The notes: a model not told the origin generated them from the letters alone. A stretch of 47,932 bases of DNA from Chiloscyllium plagiosum (GCF_004010195.1 NC_057719.1:78101929-78149860); one strand, 5' to 3'. Numbered from the stretch's first letter, positions 23,408-36,267 are shown. Numbers and translations are program-made.

Positions 23408-24861
23408 GGGTATTGAAAAGATAGAATCGGAGGAACCTCAGCATTGTAAATGTCTCATATGGATGAGAGCAGGGCCTGCAATCTGGATGGTCAAACTGAG
23501 CACTATGGTGTAGGAAGCCATTCCAGAAGGGGGCATGAATAGGAATGCAGTGGTAATAGGGGATAGGATAGCCAGTGGGTTACATACAGTTCTCTGCATT
23601 TGACAGCACAAGTCCAAAAGGCTATATTGCTTGCACCATATTGGGGGTCAAGACATCTGCACTGGGATAGAGTGGTGAGAGAGAGAACATCCAGTTGTCA
23701 CAGTCCACTTGGGTAGAACCAACATAGCTGGAGTAGGAAAGAGGTTCTGCTTCAGGAGTGAGAGTTGTTAGGGGTAAATTTTAAAATCTCGAATGTAATA
23801 ATGTCTGAAACATTACCTGAGCAACAAAGAAATTGGTGTAGCATAAATAAACTTAGGGAGATAAATTGTGACTCAGAGACTTGTCTGGGATGAAGGGATT
23901 TCAATTTACGGGCCAAGGCACCAGTGAAGAGGGAAACTGGGAGCAGTCCTGTTGGAATGAGCTTTATCCGAACTGTGCTGGGCCCAATGTTTTGAGGCAT
24001 CATATAACTAGAGTTGTAGAGAGGGTTTTAATTAAATAGTTTGGGGTGGGTGGGGGAGTGAAGAGATGTAGTAATTCACAGGGAATCAACAAGACAAGAG
24101 TTCAGGCTAATAATTTGGACAGTGATGGGACAGAGGATGCCAACATAAGATTTGCATCAGCAGATAAGGCCAGAGATTGTAACAATGGTAAAATGATACA
24201 GTTAAAATCTTTGTATCTGTATGTGAGCAACATCTGTGCCAAGATGTTAGCACAAATAGAAATCTGTAAGACTTGAGAGCCATTACAGAGACATGGTTAC
24301 AGGGTGATGAATATTGAGACCTGAATATTGAGAGATATTTGACATTTGAAAAGGTAGAGAGTAAGAGCTCATTGTGAAAGATGTGAAAGATGACCTTAGC
24401 TTAAAGAGCAAGATGTAGAGTCAGTTTACATAGAGTTGAGAAACAGCAAATGCCAAAGGTTACAGGAGGGAGCAATTTACAGTCTCCCTAACAGACATAA
24501 TAATATAGAAAGAGTGTATAGGAAGGTGTGAATGAAGTTCTGCAAACAAAAAATGGTGGCATTAATCAAATGTAGATTGGATGAATCACATTGGCAATGG
24601 AGACCTGGAAAATTTGGGACTGTACAGTATTTTAGAACAATAAGTTTCAACCAGGGAGCAGGCTATTCTAGACCTGATAATGAGCAATGAGACTGGCTAC
24701 AACCAAGCTAGTTACATTTTTCACAGCTAACATTTGCTAGAATTCTTTGATAAGAAGATTTTAGTAGGTTGCTTAAATTATAATGAGATCAGGCAGAGTC
24801 AACATGGCTTTGTGAAAGGGAAATTGCATTTAAATAATTTACAAGAGATTTTTGAGGAAGT

Positions 24862-25219
24862 GGGCGGCACGGTGGTACAGTGGCTAGCACTGCTGCCTCA
24901 CAGTGTCAGAGTTCCTCTGCCAGGTTCAATTCCCACCTCAGGCGACTGACTGTGTGAATGTTTGCACGTTCTTCCTGTGTTTGCGTGGGTTTCCTCCGGG
25001 TGCTCCAGTTTCCTCCCACAGTCCAAAAATGTGCACGTTAGGTGAATTGGCCATGCTAAATTGCCCGTAGTGTTAGGTGAAGGAGTAAATGCAGGGGAAT
25101 GGGTCTGGGTGGGTTGCGCTTCGGCGGGTCGGTGTGGACTTGTTGGGCCGAAGGGCCTGTTTCCACATTGTAAGTAATCTAAATCTAAGAAAATCTAAAG
25201 TAATCTAATCTAAATCTAA
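24862..25219 (+). mobile_element. HE1-type SINE with expanded (TAATC/AAATC)n tail
   Basis: gggcggcacggtggtacagtggctagcactgctgcc...; tail taagtaatctaaatctaagaaaatctaaagtaatctaatctaaatcta. Confidence 0.92.
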
Positions 25220-25889
25220 CAAACAATATTACATTCCCCCCTTGGTGAGACCACACCTAGAATACTGTTTAGAGTTTTCCTGTATAGGTCTTAGTTGAAA
25301 AAGGATGTAACTAGAGTAGAAGCTGTTCAGAAACTGTTTGTTGGAGACTCGACTCATTCCTGGGATGGAGGGCTGATATTTTGCAGAAAGGTTAAAAAGG
25401 TTGGGCCTATACTCTTTGAAGAACGATAGGTAGTCCTGTGGGAACTTGATAAGGTGGATCCAGAGATGCTTTCGCTTATGGGGTAAATCCAGACTAGGGC
25501 ACGTGGTTTAAGAATGAGGTCTTCCTTTTAAGAAGGAGATGAGAAGAACTTTCTTTTCTCTCTGAGAGGATATTTCGAGGAATTCTTTTCTCCAGAAAGC
25601 AGTGAGGTTAGGTCATTGAATTTATTCAAGCCTGTGGTTGATAGATTTTGATGGATGAGAATCAAGTGTTATGAAGGGGCCAGATACAAAAATGAAGTTG
25701 AGATCCCAACCAAATCAGTCCTTATCAATTTGGAGGACCAGGCTGGAAGGGTCAAATGTCCTTCAGCTCCTTTGTCTTCTGTTCATTTGAATTGTGACAT
25801 GAAGTTATAGGGTATCTTTTCTAAATGCCTCAAAACACAATATAAAATTATTTGCTCTCAACTAATTCCTTGGTTCAAACATGGATTAA

Positions 25890-27285
25890 AGAGCTGAACT
25901 GTAAAGATGGTGTGAGAGTGACAGTTCTTGAGATTAAGGCTGCATCTGACTGAGTGTGACACCAAGCAATTATAGCAAAACTGGAGTCTCTGGGAATCAA
26001 GGGGGAAATTCTTTGTTGTTTGAAGTCATACCTGGCATGAAGGATGATGCCTGCGGTTGTTGGAGAGCAACATTCTCAGCTTCTGGAAACCTCTGCCAGA
26101 GTTCCTCAGGGAAGTGTCATGGGCCCAACTTCCTTCAGTGTCTTCATTCAGCCATCATAAGGTCAGGAGTTCATTGATTATCCTGCAGCAAAACTTGGAC
26201 AATATCCAGGCTCAGGCTGACAGTTGGCAAGTAACATTTGCGCCACACAAGTGCCAGGCAATGATAATCTTCAACAAGATTAGGGTGGCACAGTGGTTAG
26301 CACTGCTGCCTCACAGCGCCAGAGTACAGGATTCAATTCCCACCTCAGGCAACTGTCTGTGTGGAGTCTGCACATTCTCCCTTGTCTGTGTGGGTTTCCT
26401 CCGGATGCTTCGGTTTCCTCCCACAGTCCAAAAATGTGCAGGTTAGGTAAATTGGCCACGCTAAATTGCCCATAATGTTAGGTGAAGCGGTAAATGTCTG
26501 GGTGGTTTGCTCTTCTGAGGGTCGGTGTGGACTTGCTGGGCCGAAGGGCCTATTTCCACACTGTAGGTAATGTAATCTAATCTAAAAAAGAATCTAACCA
26601 TAACCCCTTGACATTCAGTGATATTGCCAGTGCTAACTTCCCCCTAGTATCAACATCCTGGAGATTACCATTGTCCAGAAGTTGAACTATACTCAGCATT
26701 TAAATGCAGTGCTAAAGGAGCAGGTCAGAGGTTAGGAATCCTGTAGTGGGGAACTTGCATCCTGTCTCCCCATCATTGTGGTCTACCATCTTCAAGCCAC
26801 AATTCAAGAGCGTTATGGAATACTCCCCACTTGCCTGAATGAGTGCAACTCCAACAGCACTTAAGAAGTTTGACACCATCCAGGACAAATTAACTCCCTC
26901 CACCACTGAAACTCAGTAGCAGCTGCATATACCATCTATAAGATGCATTGCATAAGTTCACCAAATTTCTTTAGACTATATCTTCAAAATCTTACAACCA
27001 TTACAATCTAGAAGGACAACGACAGCTGATACATTGGAACACCACTACTAACAGGTTTTCCTTCAAGTCACCCACCATCCTAACTTGGAAATATGTCACC
27101 GTCCCTTCAGTGTCACTTGGTGACAATCTTGGAAATCGCTCCTTAATGGCTTTGTGGGGACACCTACAGAAAACAGCTTGCAGCGGCTCAAGAAAGCATC
27201 TCACCATTGCCTTCTCAAGAGTGACTACGGGTGAGTCATAAATAATAGCCCAAACAATGATAGCCACTACCCATGAATTAATTCA
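25890..27285 (+). mobile_element. Second CR1/L2-group LINE family, RT to 3' end
   Basis: LEIKAASD (LDIKAAFD-like), VPQGSVMGP, LQQNLDNIQAQADSWQVTFAPHKCQAM, MEYSPLA; tail ttctcaaga..taaataatagcc..ccactacccatgaat; HE1 inserted at 26283. Confidence 0.8.
26283..26585 (+). mobile_element. HE1-type SINE
   Basis: ggtggcacagtggttagcactgctgcctcacagcgcc...ttccacactgtaggtaatgtaatctaatcta. Confidence 0.92.
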
Positions 27286-27470
27286 AAAATAGTGACTACT
27301 GTTGTATGAAAGGAAATGCAGCAACCATTCCACAAACAGCAGTGATTTGACTTCACCTAAACAATGCCTAAGATTAATCATCCTTAAAATTGCTGCTTTC
27401 TGATTCAGAGGTGAATGTTCCATCATTGAATGTATAATATTTGTTCTGTAATGAAGAATTTCTTATATTC

Positions 27471-27791
27471 ATAGAATCCCTTCAGTATGGAAACAGACCA
27501 TTTGGCCCAACAAGTCCACACCAACCCTTCTAACAGTACCCCACCCAGACATCGTATTATGATACATTTACCCTTAACTAAGGCACCTAACCTACACAAT
27601 ACTGGACACTAAGGGCAATTTACTATGGCCAATTCACCTGACCTGCACAGGTTTGGACTGCGGGAGGAAACCCACGCAGACACAGGGAGAATGTGCAAAC
27701 TCCACACAGACAGTCACCCGAGGCTGGAATTGAACTCAGGTCCTTAGCACGGTAAGGCAGCAGTGCTAACCACTAAGCCACCATGCTGTCC
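27471..27791 (-). mobile_element. HE1-type SINE
   Basis: Reverse head (cagcagtgctaaccactaagccaccatgctgtcc), V-domain (gaatgtgcaaactccacacagac) and tail. Confidence 0.9.
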
Positions 27792-28347
27792 GAATATTGA
27801 AGCCATTGTAATAGTATGACCTTTTCATCGCTAAATATAGAGCAAGATTTCTATGCATCAGTGAGTAAATACACCACCTGATAATGCAGCCAGTGCAATC
27901 ATGCAGAAGGCCTTCTAATAAGGTGGGAGCGGGGAAGTGTTGCAATTGCTTCCATATCCTGGTACAGTGAAATCTTGACCCTGCAGTTTGAATAAGAATG
28001 TTGAGGTTGAGTAAGAAGGTGACCACTGACATTCATGTGTTAGACTCTAGTCGTATTTGACAATACGTTGCAGTAGTTTGTCATTATTGCTCCACTGTTT
28101 GTGGCTGACCAGGAGAGTCTCCTGCTCTGACTACCTGCCACAGGCTTATTGATGAGATTTAAAAGTTGATGATGAACCTGTTTGGCTGTGTTTACTTTTC
28201 ATAACCATGCAGTCCTGAATTGGGACTCGAACCTAGGGCTTCTGGCTCAGAGCTAGGCCACAAGACTCCCCTCCTGAGCTACTACCAAAGTAAAACAACA
28301 GCTTACAATTGATATCACACTTACAATGGCGAAGATCCTCTAGGGTA

Positions 28348-29075
28348 GTCATAGAGTCAGAGTCATACAGCACAGAAACAGGCCCTTCAATCCAACCAGT
28401 ACATGTTGAACATTATCTCAAACTAAACTAGTCCCACCTGCCTGCTCTTGGCCATATCCCTCCAAACATTTCCTATTCATATATCTATCCAAATGTCTTT
28501 CAAACGTTATAATTATACTTGCATTCACCACTTTCTCAGGAAGTTCATTCCACACACAAACCACCCTCTATGTAAAACATTTGCCCCTCATGTCTTTTTA
28601 AATCTCTCTCCCCGCACCTTAATAATCTCCCCTCGGTCTTGAAATTCCCCATCCTAGGGAAAAGACAACTACCATTAACTGTATCTATATCCATCATTAT
28701 TTTATAAACTTCGATAAGATCACCTCTCAACCTCCTATGCTCCAGTGAAAAAAGTCCCAGCCTATTCAGACATTTTTTTACATCCTGGTAAATCTCTTCT
28801 GAACCCACTCCAGGTTAACAATGGCCTTCCTATAACTGGTCAATCAGAACTGGATACAGTATTCCAGAAGAGGCCTCACCAATGTCCTGTATAACCTCAA
28901 GTGACTTCCCAACTCTTATACTCAAAGGACTGAGCAATGTAGGCAAGCATGCCAAACGTCCTTTTAACCATTATAGGTATATGTGTTGCCAACTTCAAAG
29001 AATTCTGTAGGTGCAGGCCAGGCCCTTTTGTTCTACAATGCTCCCCAAGGCTCAACCATTAATTGTATGAGCCCT
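28348..29075 (-). mobile_element. CR1 3' fragment
   Basis: ORF 28545-28808: LNRLGLFSLEHRRLRGDLIEVYKIM; tail reads gtcatagagtcagagtcatacagc on the + strand. Confidence 0.88.
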
Positions 29076-29289
29076 GTGAAGGAAGAAGCAGGTGATAAGA
29101 TATATGTTCTGTTTCATATACTTTTCAAACCCTAGAGTATTCCTACCTACCAACTGTCCTGATAACTCATCCAAGGTGTGATCCATCTATCCATCCGGAA
29201 AACAAGGAGATATTAGAATTTGACATTGTCTGAGTTGATTGAATCAAATAGCCCAGATGCTTTCAAAAAGTAACAAGGTAAGTCCTCAG

Positions 29290-29885
29290 TCACTCTGTTG
29301 TAGAAGGATGTTATTAAGCTGGAGAGGGTTCAGAATGTTGCCAGGAATGGGAGGGTTTGAATTATAAGGAGAGGCTGAATAAGCTGGGATGTTTTTTACT
29401 AACTTAGTTTGGGATTATGTTCGGCATGGACCGGTTGGATTGAAGGGGCTGTTTCCATGCAGTACGACTCTGACTCGACGACTACTGCAGGATCCTCTTC
29501 ATAGGGGATTGAGGGATGATGTGACAGAGATTTATGAAATTAGGAGGAGTGTAGATAAGGTGAATGGCTGGTGTCTTTTCCCTAGGGTGGGGAATTTCAA
29601 GACTAGGGACATATTTTTAAGCTGAGAGGAGAAAGATTTAAAAAAGACATGAGGGGCAATTTTCTTTTTACACAGCGAGTGGATCATGTGTGGAATGAAT
29701 TTCCAAAAAAAGTGGTGGATATGGGTACAGTTATGACATTTAAAAGTCATTTCAATAAGTACATGAATAATACATTTTTGGAAGGATATGGGCCAAGCGC
29801 AGGCAGATGGAGCTAGTTTAGTTTGAGATTATGGTCCACATGGACTGGCTGGATGGAAGAGTCCATTTCGGTGCTGAATGACTCG
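29290..29885 (+). mobile_element. CR1 3' fragment with an internal extra tail piece (about 29401-29498)
   Basis: RKDVIKLERVQ, GLRDDVTEIYEI, FTQRVDHVWNEFP, GYGPSAGRW; tagtttgggattatg..catggac tail block present twice. Confidence 0.85.
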
Positions 29886-31833
29886 ATGAGAGGAAAAGGA
29901 ACAAAAAGGGTAAGGCGGACATAATTAGTTAACACAATTATATATCCCAAAATTAAACCAAATTTCTTCACTCATATGTGAATTCAATACACTGAAAATT
30001 GTTAGGCAAGTCATCCTCCATTCTGAAAGGTGGGGGTGAATTTTGCTGGCTATGGAATTGGAAGTGGGAGAACTGGTAATATGATGGTAGAAGTTCCCTG
30101 CAGGAGGACCCAATGAATTCCTGTTGCTATGACATATTGCCGGTGACAGGGAACTCAGTGGTACACCTTACCACGGGGCAGCCAACTGAACCACTTAAAT
30201 GACCACTTAAATGTCCCTTTCAAATCCCACTGGCATTTTGGCTGTAAGGAAGATTACATTGGGCAAGACTAAATTGCTAAATGCAATTTAGATCCTTCTC
30301 TGGATAGACATAAGTTTTGTTCTGTTTGCTTGTTAGCAAACTTAATGTCCTATGTCAGTGCCGAATGACCCTGAGAGCTTTTGATAAAGTAAACGATGTG
30401 CTTCAGAATTTGTTTTGCCAGGATGATCCATCATTGACCGGATTGCAAGATAGATTTTGACTTTAAGCAATAGAGTAACACTGGTGACTGCATATTGGCT
30501 GCCTGCCCCAATTTTCATCAAAGACAGTGGTGTTAAAAGTGAAGAAATATGACATAGACTATCGCCCATTTTACACTGTCAGAGAAAGCCAAAGCCTAAC
30601 CTAAAACGTTATTAATGATCTTTGGGAGGCAACGTAAATAGTTTTGTAAATCAACTTAAAGGGTGAGACTTTTGGAGTATGGCCTTATGCCTATTTGAAG
30701 CATCCAGTGATGGTGCTGGTGAGCTACATTGGCCTAAGATGTGAGAAGTGGGTCCATTTACCTAGTCCCAGTAAAAAGCCTTTGCTTCCACTCAAGGATC
30801 TTTACTGAGAATTTTCCAACATTTCTAAAGAGACCATTTTTGCCAAATCAATTTACTTCAGTGCATTATTTCTTGAGATAAATACTTAATTAAAATCCAA
30901 CTTGCCCAAAGAGAGAGTGAGAGATTTTTACCCCCTTGGTCAAGATGGATGTTGATGTTCAGTTCCCGTAAGCTGCAGTGAATGGGTCATATCTGAAACC
31001 ACGAGTCAATTCTGAAAAGAAAATTCTGCATTGACCTTGAAATGCCACGTTCCCAATTCTGACCTCAAACCATCCCTGTCCCATCCCACTTCACCCCTAT
31101 CCTGTTGCAGTTAAAATACTCATTCAGCTGGTGGCAGCTGTTGACTCCCAAGTACTCATTGTGAATTGCCAATGGGAATCCATTCCCCTTCACATGTCAT
31201 TCATTTTTGGCTATTTCATACTCAGCGACTGCCAAAGTATTACTGGTTGAAATGCCAAATTCTTCATCTGATATCTATAATCAAATGCTTTTCAATCCAT
31301 GTATTGGCCCCTCTGCTCTAATAATGTTGTTGCTTTCTCCTGCTGCTCATTTTGATTTTTAAGGCTTAAGCTACATCTTAAGCACTAACATTTTCTCTTT
31401 TCATTGAATCAGAGTAAAATCATTCATACCTGAGGTATTTTATGATGCTGGGTTGAGAGAACGACCTACAAATCTATTGGCTGAGCCCTCCTTTGCTGGT
31501 CTGTTTTGTGGCCAGCAGTGTTCTCTATGTTCTCCTGTTCTGTGCTGCAATGTTTTTTTACGGCTAATTACAGATTGTGAATGCCTCGCAGAACCAATCT
31601 GTTAAATCCATGCAAGAGGGAAACACTTTTGGAAACATTTTAAGCATTTTCCTGCTTCATAAGAAAATAGTGATATACTAGAGGAGATCCTGTCAAATGG
31701 CACATATGGATCTGGAGCCATGGTAACTACATTATTTCTGTGCCAAGACTGCCTTGTCTGTTTTCACTGATGGCCTCAGTTTGCAGTATTGGAAAAGCCA
31801 TGCTGATACCTTCACACCTTGTGTCTCTGACAT

Positions 31834-32113
31834 TTAGCACTGCTGCCTCACAGCGCCAGGGACCCAGGTTCACTTCCAGCCCCGGGCGACTGTCTGAGTG
31901 GAGTTCGCACCTTCTCCCCGTGCCTGCGTGTGTTTCCTCCGAGTGTTCCGGTTTCTTCCCACAGTCCAAAGATGTGCAGGTTGGGTAGATTGGCCATGCT
32001 AAATTGCCCATAGTGTTAGGTGCATTAGTCAGAGGGAAATGGGTCTGGGTGGGTCACTCTTCGGAGGGTCGATGTGGACTTATTGGGCCGGAAGGCCTGT
32101 TTCCACACTGTAG
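31834..32113 (+). mobile_element. HE1-type SINE, 5' clipped
   Basis: ttagcactgctgcctcacagcgccagggacccaggttc...ggcctgtttccacactgtag. Confidence 0.9.
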
Positions 32114-33614
32114 AAACTCATCAATGCGGGATTCATTTTAAGCTGTTTTCTTCTCATAGGCGATCTCAAATGTAATCTCCCTTCTCTATGCACATCCTAG
32201 GAGGGCACCAAATCACTACTTGGACAATTTCATTTAAAAACTGCAAAAACATAATTAGGGGTTGCTTCAAATTATTTTCATTGCAATGAGTTTGCTCTGA
32301 ATTCAACCAATTTCCACCTGGTGCAAGGTGGTAAGAGAGAGGGGGGTGGGGGGTGCTGAGAGAGAATGGGAAAGGTGTGACAAATGCAAATGCTAGCAAA
32401 ATGCAATATTGATTCAAACCTCAAATAGGTTATTCAATATTACACAGCAGCAATAAGGCAGAGTGCAGTGAAATTGTGCACATGGGTATCTGTGTGAATG
32501 TGTCCATGATTGACCAGAATGGACAGTCACTGACAATGGTTGTTGGGAAATTGTGGATCAAGAGAAAAATCACCAGGACTATCTCTCAGGCTGAAATTGT
32601 GATGAGGAGAACGTGATCAGCATTGGTTTTCAAGTTGGTTAAATGGCCACTTTGATTGCTGCAGTTCACATTCGGCGCACACACACACAGTTCACATTCA
32701 GCGCAATCAATACAATTAAAATGTTCCCAGCAATTCCTTAAATGACAAAGCTTTTCAGATAATGGATGAAACTCATTTGAATGCTAAATTATAAAACTCT
32801 GCATCGAGATATGTATGTAGCATCAGAGACAATATGCTTTGAGTGTTGAACACTATATGCAGCTGTTAATGCACTGACTTTTTTAAAAAAAAATTACATT
32901 TATTGTGATGATACTATTGCAATCATTGGAAAGTTTGTTTTTAATTCATTAACAACATCGAATGAAAGATTCTAAACAAATGTCCTTGTTGAAACGGAAA
33001 TTCACCCGACCTGCAATTATATGCATCAGCACAGAAATAGCAAGCTCCCGCTGCTGTGATAAATCACTGTTTATTTCTGTGATTGTATTAAAATAGAGTG
33101 AGAAATTGCTCTCGTAGACACCAACCTAGCTGAATGCTCAGCTGAGTGGGTTGATGGAATAGTGGATGTATTGCCTCATGTCACAGCAGCCAGGGAGAGA
33201 GGGACAATGGAGGATTAACACCACAGCAAGATATTTCGAGATTTGTGTCTCTGGTTTTAATTATTTCCATTTCATTTCGTTATTCATTCCTGCTGGGATT
33301 TGATTGGACACTCAGTGAGTGTGGGTAGGCTAATTGGCTTTAAGCTCACAGTTGGCCTTATCCAGAAGATCCTCCTCCAGGAGTCATGAGATTGTTATTA
33401 GGAACAGGCATCCAGTCTTGTCTCTTCATTTCTGGTTAATTCAACACAAACTAGGGAGGGCCATACAGATCCTTTACACTGTATTGATCTATCCTGCTCT
33501 GAATAATTTGGTCTCATTGCCTTTAACTTTCTTAAAATTAAATCTTCTGTGAGTGATGTTGTCAAGCTCAGCTTTTGTTGTCTACCTCACTCAGTCATTT
33601 GTGAGGATAGTAAT

Positions 33615-33865
33615 GTGTCAACCACAAAGCTGTGGGGCTGGAGTCACATGCAGACCCCATAATGGGTAAGGATGGCAGTTTCTTCCCCAGAAGGGCATTG
33701 GTGATCCAGATGTTTTTTTTAAATAGCAATCGGAGTTTTCATGGTCTTCAAACTTTATATTCCAGATATCTAACTCAATTGAATTTAAATTCCACCAATT
33801 GCTATGATGAGCTTTGAACCCATTCCCCTTGCGCATCAACATTGACCTCTTGACATTACCCTGAC
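33615..33865 (-). mobile_element. tRNA-derived SINE relic (family of 38455-38768)
   Basis: gtcaaccaca..gctgtggggctggagtcacatg..ggtaaggatggcagtttcttccc..gaatttaaattccacca..tttgaaccc. Confidence 0.7.
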
Positions 33866-34821
33866 ACCAGCATCTCCCCCAAGTACTGCAAGGTATGGTG
33901 CAACACTGATTATAGTACAACTGCTCTCCAGTAGCAGTAGAATCACAATTAGCCTCATTTAATATAGCCGGAGCCTTTTCTAAAGTGCTGTTTTGAAATA
34001 GTGCTATTGTTCAACACTGCCTAATTCCCCTGGTTTTGTGTATTTTGGGAGATCAATTTTCTGGCATTGCAGAGGTCTGGAACCAAATTGGATAGGGCCC
34101 CAAAATACCAATGTGAGTTGGCACACCAGTTTTTTGTCCCCATTCCTAATGTTGGCCATGTTTGCCAAGGTGAGTTCAGGACCAGCAGAGTCTATCCTTC
34201 TAGAGAACAATTAAGGGGACACTTATGTGACAATTCCAGAGCAAAATATTTGCCCCTTTTTTCCTCATTCAGAAAGTCAATGTTTAGCAGCAAATAGTAG
34301 CTGCAGTGAAAGTTCACCTGAAACCATAGAATTCCTTCTCGACCTGTCTGCATTGCAATTTAGTCATAGGAAAGATCGAGATGATGGAAAGTCATCTATT
34401 CCATAGAATATATGTATGAATGTATGAAATAGGAGAGGAGGAGACATACTAAGCTGATCCACTATTTCACAACATCATGGCTGGTTTGATCATGGCATCA
34501 AATCCTCATTCCCACTTGCCCCAATAACCCTTAACTCACTTATTAGTCAAGAATCTATCTCCCTCTGGTATAAAAGTATTCAATAACACTGCCTCTGACA
34601 CTCTCTGGCAAAGAAATTTCCAAAGATGAATGACCTTCTGAGGGGAATTTCTTTTTCCCCTAATCTCCATCTTAAATGTGAGACCCCTTCTTTGTAAACT
34701 GTGTTCCCAGTTCTAGTTTCTCCCACAAAAAAAAAATGTCCTTTCAGCACCCAAATGATCAAGCCTCTGTAGGATTTGGTATGTTTCAATAATTCTCATT
34801 CTTCAAAAACTCCAATGGATA

Positions 34822-35027
34822 CAAAAACCGAAGTTGCTCTCAAAGCTCAGCAGGTCTGGCAGCATCTGTGAAGAGAAATCAAATTTAACTGAGGTTCTGG
34901 GGAAGGGTCACCGGACCTGAAACGTTAATTCTGATTTCTCTTCACAGATACTGCCAGATCGGCTGAGCTTTGCCAGCAATTTGTTTTTGTTTCTGATTTA
35001 CAGCCTCCACAGTCCTTTCAGTTTTTA
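34822..35027 (+). mobile_element. Penelope-derived fold-back element (family B) with hammerhead-like apex and 11-bp TSD
   Basis: Inverted arms 34822-34889 / 34924-34989; TSD tccaatggata at 34811-34821 and 35028-35038. Confidence 0.82.
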
Positions 35028-35197
35028 TCCAATGGATATTAGCCCAGCCTACCCAACCTTTCAGCAGAAGGTAATACCCACACACCCCCATCCCAGGGAA
35101 CTGTTTATATCCCTGTGCAGTTTCCTCATGTCTTCTTCACAATTTATTCTCCTATATTTGTATCATTAGCAAATTTAACAACCACACAATCAACCCT

Positions 35198-35652
35198 TGT
35201 GTAGGATGGGCTAAAGGGCTAAAATTGTTGATGATATTCATTTGCTGCATGACATTGAGTGAGTCCTGAAAACATTACTGTGTATGCCGAAGATAGCTTA
35301 TTTCCTGTATTTGCTTTTCTTTACTGGCTGCTTGTTATGCTGTATAAGACAGAGAGTTTCCATCCAAGCCATTGGACTTCACCTTGGACCAGGATTGCAA
35401 ATGGTGCCAGGAACAACATAAGCCTCCAGACCAGCTGTCACTCAAGGAGTCCTGGACAAGCAGAAGGGCGTGAGGCTTTTTGTTTTTTTTCCTTTCTTTT
35501 TCATTCTTTTTATTTACTTAACAAATGTAATAAATAATTATTACTGAATAAATGTTCATATTTAACCAAATTACTGATGTCGAGTCTTCTCTTAGCTATA
35601 TTTAACTGAATCCAAAAGAACTGCTTGGAGACATTCTGTGATCTAAGATGGC
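35198..35652 (+). mobile_element. Candidate solo LTR inserted in CR1
   Basis: CR1 breaks at ccct(t) 35194 and resumes at ccct(t) 35653 (4-5 bp TSD); starts with TG; TATAAG near 35343 and AATAAA near 35528 and 35548; the 3' end is not CA. Confidence 0.45.
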
Positions 35653-35961
35653 CCCTTCATCCTAGTCATTTATATAGTCAATCGATTGTTATTTTTAATG
35701 GGCAGGTAAATAATTGAGGAACCAACACTGATCCTGTTGGCATATCACTTGTCACACCCTACCAAACTGTAAAACACCCATTTAGAGCCACTCTCTGCTT
35801 CCTGTTGGCCAACCAATCCTCTATCCATGTTAACATGTAACCTGTATACTGCACTGAGCTCTTATTTTACAAAATAATGTTGATTTGATACCCTGTTGAA
35901 TGCCTTCTGGAACTCTAAGTAAGGCACATTCACTGGCTCTTCTTTATGTTTTTTTAAAAGT

Positions 35962-36267
35962 TTAGAATACCTACACCATGGAAACAGGCCATCCAGGTCC
36001 ACACCAACCTCCTGCAGAACAACCTACCCAGACCCATTCCTCCACCTTATATTTGTCCTGACTAATACAACTAACACTATGGGTAATTTAGCATGGCCAA
36101 TTCACCAGGCCTGCATATGTTTGGATTGTGGGAGGGAACCAGAGCACCCAAATGAAACCCACACCAACACGGGGAGAACATGCAAACTCCACAGACAGTC
36201 ACCTGAGGCAGGATTTGAACCCAGGTCCCTGGCACTGTGAGGCAGCAGCGCTAACCATTGAACCACC
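35962..36267 (-). mobile_element. HE1-type SINE
   Basis: Reverse head (gtgaggcagcagcgctaacca), V-domain (ggggagaacatgcaaactccacagacagtcacctgagg) and tail. Confidence 0.88.

Larger units (their letters stand above)
22835..25790 (+). mobile_element. Long decayed, internally deleted CR1 (ORF1 Zn-finger/esterase, endonuclease, RT start, 3' end)
   Basis: AVVIGD, VHLGRTNI and VIMSETLPE (ORF1); AITETWLQGD and REQAILDLIMSNE (endonuclease); RQSQHGFVKGK (RT); VRPHLEYC and CR1 tail; interrupted by 23112-23407 and 24862-25219. Confidence 0.82.

Noticed and set aside
32662..32705. Short tandem duplications (also near 30190-30212 and 41811-41844)
   Set aside because: Ordinary two-copy slippage duplications with no array structure
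34073..34169. Exon-like segment (ttgcAG ... AAG|GTGAGT)
   Set aside because: Splice-like signals alone are common; translations are unrecognisable and no partner exons were found
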